NCBI GenBank assembly: GCA_965261595.1 | Contig: CBDHDG010000006.1 | Coordinates: 1,248,001 to 1,312,000, forward strand | Reading direction: 5' to 3' | DNA length: 64,000 bases | From: a bacterium | GTDB lineage: Bacteria; UBA8248; JACPRG01; G963555815 | Part shown: positions 19,365 to 30,627 of the stretch, piece by piece | Numbering within the stretch: the stretch's first letter is position 1 | Layout of the letters: each line of letters starts with the position of its first letter | The notes under the pieces: model-generated | What the model saw: only the letters and a program-made list of their open reading frames with translations | Told to the model about the DNA's origin: nothing | The model's database searches: none | Position numbers and translations under genes: made by a program

Positions 19365-19643
19365 CTAATGGTAATCGATATAGTCGGCATCCACAGCGTG
19401 TCCCTCCTCGAACCGAAACGTCACTCGCCAGTTGGCCGAGACGGAAACCGCGTAGCGACCCTTCATGCGGCCCTTGAGAGCATGGAGGCGAAAACCTGGA
19501 AGGTCCATCCCTTCAGGGCCCTCGCTCCGGTCCAAAGCGGTCAGAATGCGCAAGAGTTTCTCAGCGTGGTCCTGCGCCACTTTCGCAGAGTGTCCACGCT
19601 CGTAGAGCTCTTTCAGGCCGCGATGCCGGAACGTCTTGATCAC
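19365..19643 (-). CDS. higB: HigB (killer-protein type) toxin
   Basis: IKTFRHRGL...PGFRLHALKG...VSVSANWRVTFRF...DYIDYH. Confidence 0.9.
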   Translation of the reverse strand: MIKTFRHRGLKELYERGHSAKVAQDHAEKLLRILTALDRSEGPEGMDLPGFRLHALKGRMKGRYAVSVSANWRVTFRFEEGHAVDADYIDYH

Positions 19644-19650
19644 TTGCGTG

Positions 19651-19679
19651 ATTGTACGGTGTCTATCGACAATGGTCAA
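19651..19679 (-). promoter_or_regulatory. Sigma70-type promoter of higBA with operator palindrome
   Basis: TTGACC-17 bp-TACAAT, 7 bp before the GTG. TGTCGATAGACA lies in the spacer. Confidence 0.65.
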
Positions 19680-20046
19680 TAACCGTTGAACGTCAGGAAA
19701 CTTCCGGTCGAAAGATTTGACAGGTGTGGTCTTGGTTCATGGAACGAACTCGTCGCTCAAAGGGACGGATGTCTACTGGCGGTTAACGAGGCGTGGTTCA
19801 GATAGTCTCGAGCGCATTTCAAAGGACAGGATGGTTCTATAGGCGCGACCACTCCGGGGTTAAGGATGCTCCTGCCTGGGCGGCAATGTCCGCTACGTAT
19901 TTTCCGAGCGTCATGACCAGGAAGTGCGGGGAACAACGCAATGGGGAGACGCGAGCGGCCAGCGGCGGCGCTGTTCAGATGATCCGTTCCCTGTGTGTAT
20001 CGGCCAAGTGGTGCCTGCCCGTCCGCGCGGTTGGATCAGGATTTGA

Positions 20047-21713
20047 CCGGAATTTCCCATATCAACTTGCTTGGGTGGTTTCCGGTCCCCTTTCCCGATG
20101 AAAACCAGTTGACCCCCTTCCGATGGGTTTGTCAAGAGCCTTCCAACCCTCCGCAACAAGGTGTTGACGGCCATCGACTGCCCCAAAAGGCGGACCCTCG
20201 CCCTTCGGTCCCCTTTGTTCGCGGTTCAACCCGTTAACCAATCACCTCATGCTGCCGGGAACCCTCTGCACAAGGTTAGACCGGCACCGGCCGTAATCGG
20301 TTGATTCGGTCCAGGATGATGGCGAACTCTTCCCTGGATACCGCTACTTCGGCCAATTGAAAGATGATCTGCCGGGCGTGCCGCACAATCCTCCCGCCCA
20401 TTTTGATGAGCTTGACCTGGAGGCTTCGGAGCGACCAGTGCTTGAGCCCCCTGGGCAAGGCTAGCCTGCGCAGGAAATTGCCCAGGTTGTACGCCAGGAC
20501 GAAGAGAAGGAGCCGCACCTGGTTGCACACGAACCGGTGACAGGAAAGGCGTGTCCAGTTCAGGGCGTACTTGCCTTCCTTGATCCATTGCTCGGCTGTG
20601 CCTCGCTGGTTGTAGAAGTGCACGACCCCCTCGGGTCGAGCCGTCAGGTTCGTGACAATGAATCCGACGCGAGGGAAGAGTTCGCCTGAGTGCCATTCCA
20701 CCTTCGCCACGACCCGCCGGGAACGGTCCCAGCTTCCAGCCTGATACCGGAAGTCGTAATAGAAGATGATGGGTCTCTTGGGCGGGCGACCGACCGGGCG
20801 GGTGAGGAGGAAGTCGATCTCTCGCTGCACCACGTCGTTGGCGGGAAGGCGGATGGCGTAAAGGAAGCTGTGCGCTTCCAGGCACTCATAGACCTCCGGG
20901 CGCGCAAAGGCGGCATCGGCTCGGAAGTAACGGCGAACACCCGCCCGCTCATACCGGGCCGCGATGGGCGAAAGCAACTCGCGCCAGCCATCGGCGCTGT
21001 GCACGTTGCCGGGGCGCAACATCGCCCCTTCACAGTCCCCGAACTGGTTAAAGCAAAAAAGAGGGTGATAACAGGTGCAACGAAAGTGGCCGTTGTAGGC
21101 CGTACCTTCCTGCTCCCCATGGACGGGGCTTTCCGAGCTGTCCATGTCCAGGATGATTCGCTGATGGGGTGAGTGTGCCATGGCCCGGTCCACCCACTCC
21201 CGGTTCAGCTCGCTCAACCCCTTGAGATTCTCCTCCCTGGTGAGAACCTCGGTCTCGAACCGGCTCAGGGTGTTGGCGCCCGCCGCCTGCTTCTCAAGCG
21301 CTCGGCGGCCGACCACGGCTTGCATCGCGGGGTCCTGGGCCAACCGCTCGGCATCGTTGGTGTCTTCATACCCTGCCAAGCGGCTATAGACCGACTGGCG
21401 CAATAGCGGCGCCAACTCATGCTGGATGTTCCGGCCATGACGGATCTCTTGCAATTGCACTGGCGCTCTCACCGTCAAACCCAGCGCATCATCCAGCTCC
21501 CGGCAGGCCAGCAATCCCGCATCCGAAGTGATTCTGGTTCCGTGAAACTCAAGCCTCAGCCGACGGTCAAAACGGATCTTCAAAGCCCCCTTCTTCGCTT
21601 CACCCATTGGGTCCCCTCGCAAGATGATGGCAGGGGGAGGCCAACACCTTGATCTTACACGAGAAAACGGCATTCGGTCCGACAAAACTTATGATCCATA
21701 TGGGAAATGCGGG
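20047..21713 (-). mobile_element. IS1380-family element, complete (1667 bp)
   Basis: IRs CCGGAATTTCCCATAT / ATATGGGAAATGCGGG; 5-bp TSD TTTGA. Confidence 0.93.
20276..21607 (-). CDS. IS1380-family transposase
   Basis: TSDAG, LDMDSS, FRADAAF, YNQRGTAEQWIKE. Confidence 0.92.
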   Translation of the reverse strand: MGEAKKGALKIRFDRRLRLEFHGTRITSDAGLLACRELDDALGLTVRAPVQLQEIRHGRNIQHELAPLLRQSVYSRLAGYEDTNDAERLAQDPAMQAVVGRRALEKQAAGANTLSRFETEVLTREENLKGLSELNREWVDRAMAHSPHQRIILDMDSSESPVHGEQEGTAYNGHFRCTCYHPLFCFNQFGDCEGAMLRPGNVHSADGWRELLSPIAARYERAGVRRYFRADAAFARPEVYECLEAHSFLYAIRLPANDVVQREIDFLLTRPVGRPPKRPIIFYYDFRYQAGSWDRSRRVVAKVEWHSGELFPRVGFIVTNLTARPEGVVHFYNQRGTAEQWIKEGKYALNWTRLSCHRFVCNQVRLLLFVLAYNLGNFLRRLALPRGLKHWSLRSLQVKLIKMGGRIVRHARQIIFQLAEVAVSREEFAIILDRINRLRPVPV

Positions 21714-21889
21714 TTTGATCCCGCGCCCGGCCAGGCAGACGGACTCACGAGGCGGGACACCCGGCGTGCCCCACAGTGGCGCAGCTTGCCGGTCCTTACG
21801 GGTTAAGTGCTTCCTGTTCTTCCTATCTGCCAGACTAACTTTTTGGATCGACAACGGGAACGTGTCACGAGGAACGATTTCTCATATTT

Positions 21890-22582
21890 TTAGCATGCAA
21901 ACAAACTTACGGCGTGACATGCAAAGAATACCTTATTCCTTCTAGACGATTGTCCCCATTTTGGATGGATATCCAGTACCTTCTTTACCTCTGGATAACG
22001 CCTGAGTAAGTCGTCTTCGTCAAACATGCCTGATACGAGATTCATTGCCCTTCGTGAAGGTAACCGCAACCTCTTGATATCCTTTTCATTTCTGCGTGTT
22101 TTCTCGATTACTTTGTATGCAATCTTACCGCTACAGATCACCAACTTTGGATTGAGTATACTAAGCATTTCACACCATAGATCTGACGATAAACGTTGCA
22201 GATCGCTATCCGGATGGGCGTCTTTGTTAGGGTTGTCCGGATCTCGCTGAGACCATAGAACGGCGTTAGAAACAGCCGTTTCTTTTGCCTCTACTCCAAA
22301 CGCTGCTTCAATAGCCAATTTAAGTGAGCCATCATCCCACGGATACACGCCTATTTCATTTCCGAATAGACCAAGACGTCTCATCCTGTCATTTGAATCA
22401 AGTTTCCGTAGCTTTTCGACATATTCCTCGTTGGATGCCGATAGGTTCTGATTTTGTGCAAGCATAAGGATTTGATTCCAATTCCGAGGAATATAGGGAA
22501 TGTATGCTTCTTCGATAACGACCTTTGGGGCGATCGCATAGGTATCGCATTTGTTGCAAAGCCTAAGTAAGTCTTTTTTCAT
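21890..22582 (-). CDS. Hypothetical low-GC protein, possible uracil-DNA-glycosylase-superfamily fold
   Basis: RBS AAGGAG. ILMLAQN, SNAV, LNPKLVICSGKIA and LRLPS occur in UDG-like order. Confidence 0.5.
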   Translation of the reverse strand: MKKDLLRLCNKCDTYAIAPKVVIEEAYIPYIPRNWNQILMLAQNQNLSASNEEYVEKLRKLDSNDRMRRLGLFGNEIGVYPWDDGSLKLAIEAAFGVEAKETAVSNAVLWSQRDPDNPNKDAHPDSDLQRLSSDLWCEMLSILNPKLVICSGKIAYKVIEKTRRNEKDIKRLRLPSRRAMNLVSGMFDEDDLLRRYPEVKKVLDIHPKWGQSSRRNKVFFACHAVSLFAC

Positions 22583-22860
22583 AATCTGCTCCTTGAAACG
22601 TTTTGGGAAGCTGAAGTTTGTGCCCTCGATGGTATAACCGGCATGACTCGTGATATCAATTATCGGAGGCTATGTTTGGGATTTCCCAGATGCACAATGT
22701 CAAGACTTTTTCAGGGATCTTCAGTTCGTTTGTATGCCTGAGGGCCATCACGGGTCAAAACTCCGTGGAATTCTTGCCCTTAACGCGCCCCGACTACGAG
22801 TCAGCACAGACTGATCCCCCGTCTCCACCACGTCACTTAGCTTCCTGGCTAGCGGCTCCG

Positions 22861-23370
22861 TTATCCAGTGTCCGGAACCGGAGGCGGCAACCACAACCGT
22901 CGGATTCGCTCAAGAATTGCCCTGAACAGTTGCCGCGACACCGCCACCTCAGCCAACTGGAAGGTGGTGTACCGGGCGTGGGCAACCACCTTGGCCCCAA
23001 TCTTGATCAGCTTCTCCCGAAGTGTCGTCAGCGACCAGTGCTTCACCGCTCTCGGCAATGCCAGCCGCCGCAGGAAGTTGGCCAGGTTGTACACCAAGGC
23101 AAACAGTTGCAAGCGAACCTGGTTTTCTTCAAAGCCGTGGCAGGACAGCCGCGTCCAGTTCAACGCGTGCTTGCCCTCCTTGATCCACTGCTCCGCCGTG
23201 CCTCGATGATTGTAGAAGTGGACCACGCCCTCAGGGCCAACGGTCAGGTTCGTGACATTGCCCCTGGCGCCACTCGACCTTGACGACCACCCGGCGAGGT
23301 TTCTCCCAACTCGCCGCCTGATTAGGAAACGCTGTGGTAGAAGACAATGGGCCTTTTGGGTGGTCGGCCT
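22861..23370 (-). pseudogene. IS1380 transposase 3' fragment (diverged)
   Basis: YNHRGTAEQWIKEGK...NQVRLQLFAL; frameshifted upstream. Confidence 0.8.
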
Positions 23371-23716
23371 AGCCCGGAATCACCGTGTCACTCGGACTGC
23401 GATGACCGCAAGTGCGAGAAGTTGAACATCACATCGTCGAGACCCAAGTTTACGTTTTGTTCCCCGCCTGTGTCTCCCATCTATTACGGTTTCAAGCGAT
23501 GTGCACAATTCCTATTCTACCAGTTTCGAGTTAAACTTCTTAAAGATTAGGTCGATCACCGATTAAGTGAGCTTTTGCATCGGAACGATCCGAATGCTGT
23601 GGAAATCTTTCGCGTCGTATGGGACACTATTACTATTCTCAACAATGCCCTGCCGCTCGAATTCCAAATAGAGATTGCAGACCCCAGGAAGGGCTCTTGG
23701 AATGATGGTGGTTTTT

Positions 23717-26700
23717 GCCCCCGCCCTGAGGTGGGCGACAGCCCGTGGACGTAAGACTTCCCCAAGATTGGTAGATTAGGATACCCCCCGTCCGAACCAC
23801 GGGCAGCCCGGTGGTGGCCGAGGGGGTCGAATTCCCACCCACCGACACATTCACCGCAACGACAACTCTCCGTCGCAATTTCCCGACGCGCTCTGCGCCG
23901 CGAAGAGGCCGAGCCGGGCCGTGAGCGGGGCGGCGGACGGATGTCCCGGGGAGGACATCTCCGCCTCTCTCAACCACCGGCCCGTAAGGAGACGGAATCA
24001 TGCGCACGGTCCAGACCCATCCCGGCAACGCAAGCACCTTCCTCACCCACCTGTTCGGCCAAGGTCTCGATGACGACCGCTACGTGGTCGAGCGCTTCCA
24101 GTCAATGGCTGACGGCGACATCCGGCCCCTGCGCACCGGGGGACCAAGGACCAAGGGCCGGCGCAAGGCGCCGGGGACGGTCGCGTCCCGGCAAGCGGTC
24201 CGGAAGATGCGGCCCGTGCGGGACGAAATCATCATTGCAACCGGAATCAACCTCCGGAACTCCGGGGTCCAGTACTGGGGCTGTAATGTTATCTGGCGGA
24301 ATATGTTGCAGCGATGACAGATTCTTCTGACTGCTATGGAAGAAGTCCGGATCGCCGCAACATAACCTTTTGCAATCATAGGGATTTCAGGAAAGCCATC
24401 AGCCCCTTGTTTTCCTTCCATGGCCGGATCGGGCCCCGTCCCGACCGCAATCGGGTCCGGGCAATCTTTGCAACGCAAGCGGTCTGGTACTGCATTCCGT
24501 GCGATGCTGAAGATATCGCCACCACCCCCGAGCGAGCGTTTCCGCCTGGTATGCCTTGATGGTGTCCGGTTGTGTGAACAGTTCTTTGGACATAGTCGCG
24601 TCTCCCTGTTGGTGGAGGCACGATTACGTGCACAGGCGCCGAAAAATTATGTTGCATGAATTCTACTCAACCTCCTGCTGGACAGAAGGAATTGTCATCG
24701 ATGCAACATATGGGCTGGATGGCAACGGGATTGTTCTGCGACCGCAAGCAGAAGCACTGATTGACGTTCTCTGTCAGGACGTCCTGCCGGCCCGGCGCCG
24801 GCCGGGCGTCCGTCGTCCCGATTCCAGCCCCGATGGGAGGCGTCCACAGGTGTCCTACAAGAACCCCGACAAGGCCCGCGAGCATGACCGGGAACGCTAC
24901 CGCCGGCTCACCAAAGAGCGCCTCGCCCAAGGCCTGTGCCCCAAATGCGGAAGAGAGCCCCTTCCTCCCGACTGTAGTCTGTGCCGCTCCTGCGGCGAGA
25001 AGCGGCGCAAGGCCGAGCGCGCCCGGTACGCCAAGGGCAAGGCCGCCGGCAGGCTCTACGGAGGCCGGGATCCCAAGGACTGCCGCAGGCTCGGGCGGGA
25101 GAGAAGCAGGAAGCGCCTCCGGGCATGCCGGGCCGCCGGCCTGTGCACGCGATGCGGGAACCGTCCTCCCGTCCCGGGCGGGGCGACCTGCCGGGCTTGC
25201 CGTGACGCCCGGCAAGCGGCCGAACAAGAGCAGTATGCCGCCCGCAGGGCCGAGGGACGGTGCGGCAGGTGCGGAAGACATATCCTTGACCACGCCTCGC
25301 GCTGCGGTCCCTGCGCGGCTCTCGAGGCCGGGCGCCATCCACGGAAGAACGCGGCCAGCCGAAGGCGCTACGCCCATAGGCGTGCGAGGTGGCGTTGCAC
25401 GGACTGTGGCGAACCCTCTCAGGGAGCGGCGCGGTGCGTGCCGTGCGCGCACCGGTCCTGGGTGCGGTCGGGCTGGCATCGGGGCCTTCCGATCCTTCCG
25501 CCTCGCTACACCGTGATCGAGGTCGCCACGGGCGAGGACCACGGGATCTGGGACAGCTGGGAGGAGGTGGCCATGTGTCTGGCCTTCGCGCGGCTGTCCC
25601 ACCAACAGGTGGAGATTATTTCGGATACGTCACCGATGGCGTCTTTTACGGGGCAGTGACCTCTATGCGCCGGCTCGCCGGGGGTACGTACTGCCGACCT
25701 GCCGCCCGCCAGCGGGGGGACCATCACCCGCGCCCCCCGGCGCACCGTCGACCCCTCAAGGGAGGCCCGCACATGACCGCGCACACCCTGCCGAAGAACC
25801 CCTACTACGCCTTCTCCCCGGCCTACGACCTCGACAACGATCTACAGCAGATCAGAATCGTTATCCACGACATGAGCGGCTACATTCCCACCACCCTGGC
25901 CGCACGGTCCATGCGCGCCGAGAACGGCGCACCGGATAGCAAGACCGTGCAGTGAGCCGACTGCATTGCTGCGCAGCCGGCCTGACGTCATCCGGCCTCA
26001 ACCCCGCCGCGCGAGCCACCACCACGCGATCCACACCGGAAGGCTCAAGACCATCGCGTAGTCGGCGATGACGATTGGGCCAAGCAGTCCCGCCATCAGC
26101 GACGCCGTCGACATCAGCAGCATCGACAGCCACATTCGGGGCTCCACCTCCGGCCCCGCCTCCGGCGCGAAGCGCACCGCCGCCGTCGTGACCACTCCAG
26201 CGGGCAGCCACAGGAGCGTCAGCAGCCAGAACCCGCGCCGCTTGATGAGGCCCTGGTCGTCCATGCGCCTTATCCGACTCGAAACTCGCACCGCACGCAA
26301 GCCCGAGCGGGTCCGTGTTCGACGACAGCCGGGCGAGGGCGAAGACCGCGCAAGGTCGGCGAGCGGCTGCCGGCGTCCGTCGCGCCCTCTGAGCTCGCCC
26401 CGGGTCCCGTCACCGTCCTTCGAGTCAGCGGGAAGCAAGGGCCGGGCAAACGCCCGGCAGGGAAGAGGGAGACGGTCTCCCGGTCCCGATGCCGGGAACT
26501 GCAATCCCGGAACAGGAGACAAGCCCATGATCGACCAGGACCTCGACCTCGAACTCCCCACAGGTGACGAACTGCTCGCCGAGATCGGCCTCGACTCTTA
26601 CACCATCCGCAGGATCCTCACCGAAGCGGTCCATGCCGACACCGGCGAAGGAGAGGAGCTTTTCTAGGGGGTGAACCAAGGGGCCGGAGAGAGAGGCTCT

Positions 26701-26765
26701 CCCCCCTTCCATCACCCGTTGTCTTCCACACCCTCACGCAGAAGGAGAATAATCATGGCCTTCGG
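23717..26765 (+). repeat. About 3.0-kb direct repeat, copy 2 (continues into intact ssb)
   Basis: Near-identical to 15800-18804. Confidence 0.95.
24850..25659 (+). CDS. Multi-zinc-finger Arg-rich protein (copy 2)
   Basis: Differs from copy 1 at two residues (HILDH vs HALDR). Confidence 0.7.
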   Translation: MSYKNPDKAREHDRERYRRLTKERLAQGLCPKCGREPLPPDCSLCRSCGEKRRKAERARYAKGKAAGRLYGGRDPKDCRRLGRERSRKRLRACRAAGLCTRCGNRPPVPGGATCRACRDARQAAEQEQYAARRAEGRCGRCGRHILDHASRCGPCAALEAGRHPRKNAASRRRYAHRRARWRCTDCGEPSQGAARCVPCAHRSWVRSGWHRGLPILPPRYTVIEVATGEDHGIWDSWEEVAMCLAFARLSHQQVEIISDTSPMASFTGQ

Positions 26766-27180
26766 ACTCAATCGCGCTGAACTGATCGGCCGCCTCGGGG
26801 CCGACGTCACCGTCAACCACCTCACCAGCGGCGGACGCGTGGCCAACCTGTCGATCGCCACCGACGAGGGCTACATCGACAAGCAGACCGGAGACCGGGT
26901 CGACAAGACCGAGTGGCACCGGGTGGTGACCTTCCAGCCCGGGCTGGTCGACATGTTCGAGAAGCACGCGACGAAGGGCCGGCTGGTCTATGTGGCGGGC
27001 AAGCTGCAGACCCGTCGCTGGAAGAAGGACGACGAGGACTCCGACCGGTTCTCGACCGAGATCCTGCTGGTTCCGGGCGGGCGCGTGCAGTTCCTCGACA
27101 AGCCCAACGGCAACGGCGCGCCGGTGTCGGAGGCGGAGACGCCGTCTGCCGATGCGGCGGTGGACGAGATCCCGTTCTGA
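26755..27180 (+). CDS. ssb: Single-stranded DNA-binding protein
   Basis: NRAELIGRLG, TEWHRV, KGRLVYVAGKLQTRRW and C-terminal DEIPF. Confidence 0.93.
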   Translation: MAFGLNRAELIGRLGADVTVNHLTSGGRVANLSIATDEGYIDKQTGDRVDKTEWHRVVTFQPGLVDMFEKHATKGRLVYVAGKLQTRRWKKDDEDSDRFSTEILLVPGGRVQFLDKPNGNGAPVSEAETPSADAAVDEIPF

Positions 27181-27374
27181 TCGGCCATTCCGTTTCCTCC
27201 CTCTACCTGGGCCGGCGCTTCGCGCGTCGGCCCTTTTTCTTGCTGCCCGTTCCGAGACAGCGCCCGTTCGGGCCTCGCGCCAGCGCTACGCGCGGCGCTT
27301 CGTCCTCCGGCGCCGGCCGGAGGCGGAGGCCGGCCGGTATCGGGCCTTCCCCGTCCATCCAGAGGAGGCCCGTC

Positions 27375-28406
27375 ATGCCGCCCCCATCGTCCCGTTCCGC
27401 ATCTCCCGCCGCCGACATCGCCGCCGCGCTCGGCGCGTGCGCCGAGGCCGTCTGCCGGCGTTACCTGCCCCAGGGCCGCAAGCAGGGCCGGTACTGGGTC
27501 GCCGGCGATCTCGAAGGCGCTCGCGGCCGCTCGCTCTTCGTCCGCCTGCACGGTCCCGGCGTCCCCGGGAAGTGGACCGACGCGGCCACCGGAGAGCACG
27601 GCGACCTGCTCGATCTCGTCCGGCATCGCTCGGGCGCGCCGACGCTGCGCGCGGCGCTCGCCGAGGCCCGCGCCTTCCTCGCCCTGCCGGCTCCGCCGGC
27701 GTCGGGCGAGGGCTACGACGCAACAGAAGCGGCCCGCCGCCTCTGGCGGCGTTGCCGCGCCATCGACGGCACCCATGCCGAGGCCTACCTCCACGCCCGC
27801 GGACTCGCGCGCTGCCGGTTCCCGGCATTGCGCTTCCATCCCGAGCTTCGCTATCGCGAAGGCTCTTCCCTGCGCCGATTTCCGGCGCTGGTCGCCGCCG
27901 TGACCGGCGACGACGGCGCCATCCACGGCGTGCAGCGCACCTGGCTCGATTCGCGCTTGCCCGCCAAGGCGGACGTCGCGGCCCCGCGCAAGGCGCTCGG
28001 CCGCATCCACGGACGCGCCGTGTGCTTCGGCAGGCCCGCCGACGGCGCTTCGCTGCTCGTCGGCGAAGGCATCGAGACGGTGCTGTCGATCGTCACCGCG
28101 GCGCCCGGGGTCATTTCGGCGGCCGCGCTCTCGGCCGGAAGCCTCGGCGCCTTCGCTCCACCTGGCGGGCTCAAACGGCTCGTCATCGCCCGCGACAACG
28201 ATTCCGAGGGGGAGCGGGCCGCCCAACGCCTCGCCCGGCGCTGCGCGCGGGCGGGCGTCGCCGCCCACGTCATCGTCTCCGAATACGGCGACTTCAACGA
28301 CGACCTCGTTACTCTCGGACCCCGGGCCCTGGCCCTTCGGCTCGCCGCCCTGTTCCCCGCGCCGCAGCGGGTCGGAGAGAGGGAGGGAAGAGCGGGGGAG
28401 GGGTGA
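27375..28406 (+). CDS. Toprim-domain (primase-like) protein of conjugative elements
   Basis: KWTDAATGEHGDLLDL, GVQRTWL, VGEGIET, IARDND, GDFNDDL. Confidence 0.82.
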   Translation: MPPPSSRSASPAADIAAALGACAEAVCRRYLPQGRKQGRYWVAGDLEGARGRSLFVRLHGPGVPGKWTDAATGEHGDLLDLVRHRSGAPTLRAALAEARAFLALPAPPASGEGYDATEAARRLWRRCRAIDGTHAEAYLHARGLARCRFPALRFHPELRYREGSSLRRFPALVAAVTGDDGAIHGVQRTWLDSRLPAKADVAAPRKALGRIHGRAVCFGRPADGASLLVGEGIETVLSIVTAAPGVISAAALSAGSLGAFAPPGGLKRLVIARDNDSEGERAAQRLARRCARAGVAAHVIVSEYGDFNDDLVTLGPRALALRLAALFPAPQRVGEREGRAGEG

Positions 28407-28430
28407 ACGGATCGAAAGGAGAAAGGGAGC

Positions 28431-28730
28431 ATGGCGCACATCGTCAATCTCAGGCATGCGCCGGCCCTGCGGGCGGCGCTCGACGGCAAGGCGGAGCACG
28501 GCGGGACCGTGCGGATCGACCGCCGCTCTCAATGGGGAAACCGGTTCCGCATCTGCCCGGACGGACCGCGCGATGAAGTGATCGCGCGCTATCGCGCCGA
28601 TCTCTGGCGCCGCATTCGCGCCGCCAAGGTCGGGCTCGACGAACTCGCCGCCCTTCACGGCAAGCCGCTGCCCTGCCATGGGCAGGTCCTCGCCCGCGCC
28701 GCGCGGCATGGGCGGCCTCCGTTCTGGCGG
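28431..28730 (+). pseudogene. DUF4326 family protein, internally deleted
   Basis: IDRRSQWGNRFRI..DG.RDEVI..Y...LHGKPLPCHG; lacks the usual CWC segment and the tail is frameshifted. Confidence 0.6.
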
Positions 28731-29455
28731 AACGGAGGGGAGAGTGAAGCGGGAGAGGGGCGAACGCCGCGAGGAGGGAGAGAGAGGGCCCCGGGCATCG
28801 GCAACACGGAAGGAGAACCGAAATGCAATCCGTTACCTTGAGGAGCATCGCCCCGTACGAGTCGAGGCTCTATCACGATGGTAATCTCGCCTGCGAGGTT
28901 GCGGAGCCACTCGTCGATACGCGTCCGTTGCGGTGACGGGCCATGCCGCCTTCGGGCGATCCCTTCGGGCCGGGCTCTCCGCTGCAATCTCCGCTCCGCT
29001 TCGATTTCCGCTTCTATCCCTATCGTCTCCGCTCGCTGGCGCTCGCTGCGCGCTACGCTTGCCGGGCCGGCGCCCGAGACCCGGGTCTCAATCCCGGAAC
29101 CGCACAGGGCGTCCGGGACAGTGACAAACAATATCCCTCTCGACGTGATGGCCCATTGTCCCACACGTGCTCGCTGCGCCAACCCCGCCTCCGGCGGGGT
29201 CCTCCTCTTCGTTCCGGCCCTGGCTCGCAAGGCTACGGCGCTGCGCGCCTAGGCGCGGCAAGAACCGCGACCGAGGCTCCGCGCTCCCTGCGGTCGCTTG
29301 TGCGCCCGCACCACTCGCGCCCCTCGCCGCGCCAGGCCTTGCGGCCACGGTGACTTTGCTGCGCGCGCGTGGGCCACTCAACCATCACGTTCGGAGACTC
29401 TCTCCGCACAACGAACCGTAACGGTTCTCAACCCTCTACCCGGAAGGAGAGCATC

Positions 29456-30379
29456 ATGCACGATATCGACAACATCTCAGAACAGAACCAGTCCGTCACC
29501 GCCACCGTCTGCGAGCAGGCGGCTCTCTTCGGAGCAACCCCGGAGCGCGACGAATTCGACAACCGGGAGGTCTGGGACCCGGAGAACGCCCTCTCCGCCG
29601 TCACGGAAGCCTTCCGCATCATGGCACACGGCGTCGCGCCCGACGGAACGCAACTCGCCGACGAGCGCGAGAGCCTGCTCTGGGGATTCGTCAACATGCT
29701 CGACGCCCAGACCCAACGCCTCGACCGCGCGGCCGACAGGCTCCTCCCCGACATGCGCGACCTCCAGCGCGAGCAGGACGGCTCGGAGATCCGGTCCCGA
29801 GAACTCGAGCTCGTCACCGACCGAACCAAGAACCTCACGGACCGGCGGGACGCCTTCGAGCAACTCCGCGATGCAGCGGCCGAGGCCTACCGGGTCGAGA
29901 CCGGAGACCTCTGGCGGCCCCGGCGCGGGTCCCACACCTCCCAGACCGGCAAGCTCACTTCGGCCATGATCGATGCCCGCGACTTCCAGCGTGCTCGCAG
30001 GGACCGCGAGAACAAGGCCCTCCTGCCCCAGGGAACGCTCGTCGCGGTGGCAGGCGGCAAGCACGCCGGCGACGCAGGCGCCATCATCCGCACCCTCGAG
30101 AAGCTCAAGGCCAAGTACGACGACGTGGTCCTGGTCCACGGCGGCGGTCCGGGCGTCGAGAAGGTCGCGGCCAAGTGGGCGGACCGCAACGGTGTCCACC
30201 AGATCGTCTGCAAGCCCAACTGGGGCGCACACGGACGCGCGGCGCCCTTCCGGCGCAATGACGAACTGCTCGATCTCCTCCCCAAGGGCGTCATCGCGTT
30301 CCCGGGTTCCGGCATCACCGACAATCTGGTCGACAAGGCGCGCAAGCTCGGTATCCCGGTCCAGTGCGTCGCCGCCTGA
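29456..30379 (+). CDS. DUF2493 / SLOG-domain protein
   Basis: C-terminal VAVAGG, VLVHGG, AAPFRRND, FPGSGIT.NLV.KA; RBS AAGGAG. Confidence 0.8.
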   Translation: MHDIDNISEQNQSVTATVCEQAALFGATPERDEFDNREVWDPENALSAVTEAFRIMAHGVAPDGTQLADERESLLWGFVNMLDAQTQRLDRAADRLLPDMRDLQREQDGSEIRSRELELVTDRTKNLTDRRDAFEQLRDAAAEAYRVETGDLWRPRRGSHTSQTGKLTSAMIDARDFQRARRDRENKALLPQGTLVAVAGGKHAGDAGAIIRTLEKLKAKYDDVVLVHGGGPGVEKVAAKWADRNGVHQIVCKPNWGAHGRAAPFRRNDELLDLLPKGVIAFPGSGITDNLVDKARKLGIPVQCVAA

Positions 30380-30627
30380 TCCGAACGACCTCGCGGGTCG
30401 CGTCGCCACCCGGCGGCGCGGCCCGTTCCTCTTCCGCGTTGCCCGCTGCCGCACCGCCCGCCGCACTTCGCACCGCACCGGTGCGGACCCCACTGCTGAC
30501 TCCGTCCCGCACCGCTCCATGCACTGTGCTCCGCACGGCCGCCCGCTCAATCGCCGCGGCGGCTCCCCCGCGCGTCCTGCGCCCGCGGAGATCCTCTCTT
30601 CACTCGTTCCTCACATTTTGGTCTGTC

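Noticed and set aside
26988..28709. 573-aa minus ORF and 528-aa alternative-frame ORF
   Set aside because: They overlap clear ssb and toprim genes, are Arg/Pro/Ala-rich and show no motifs.
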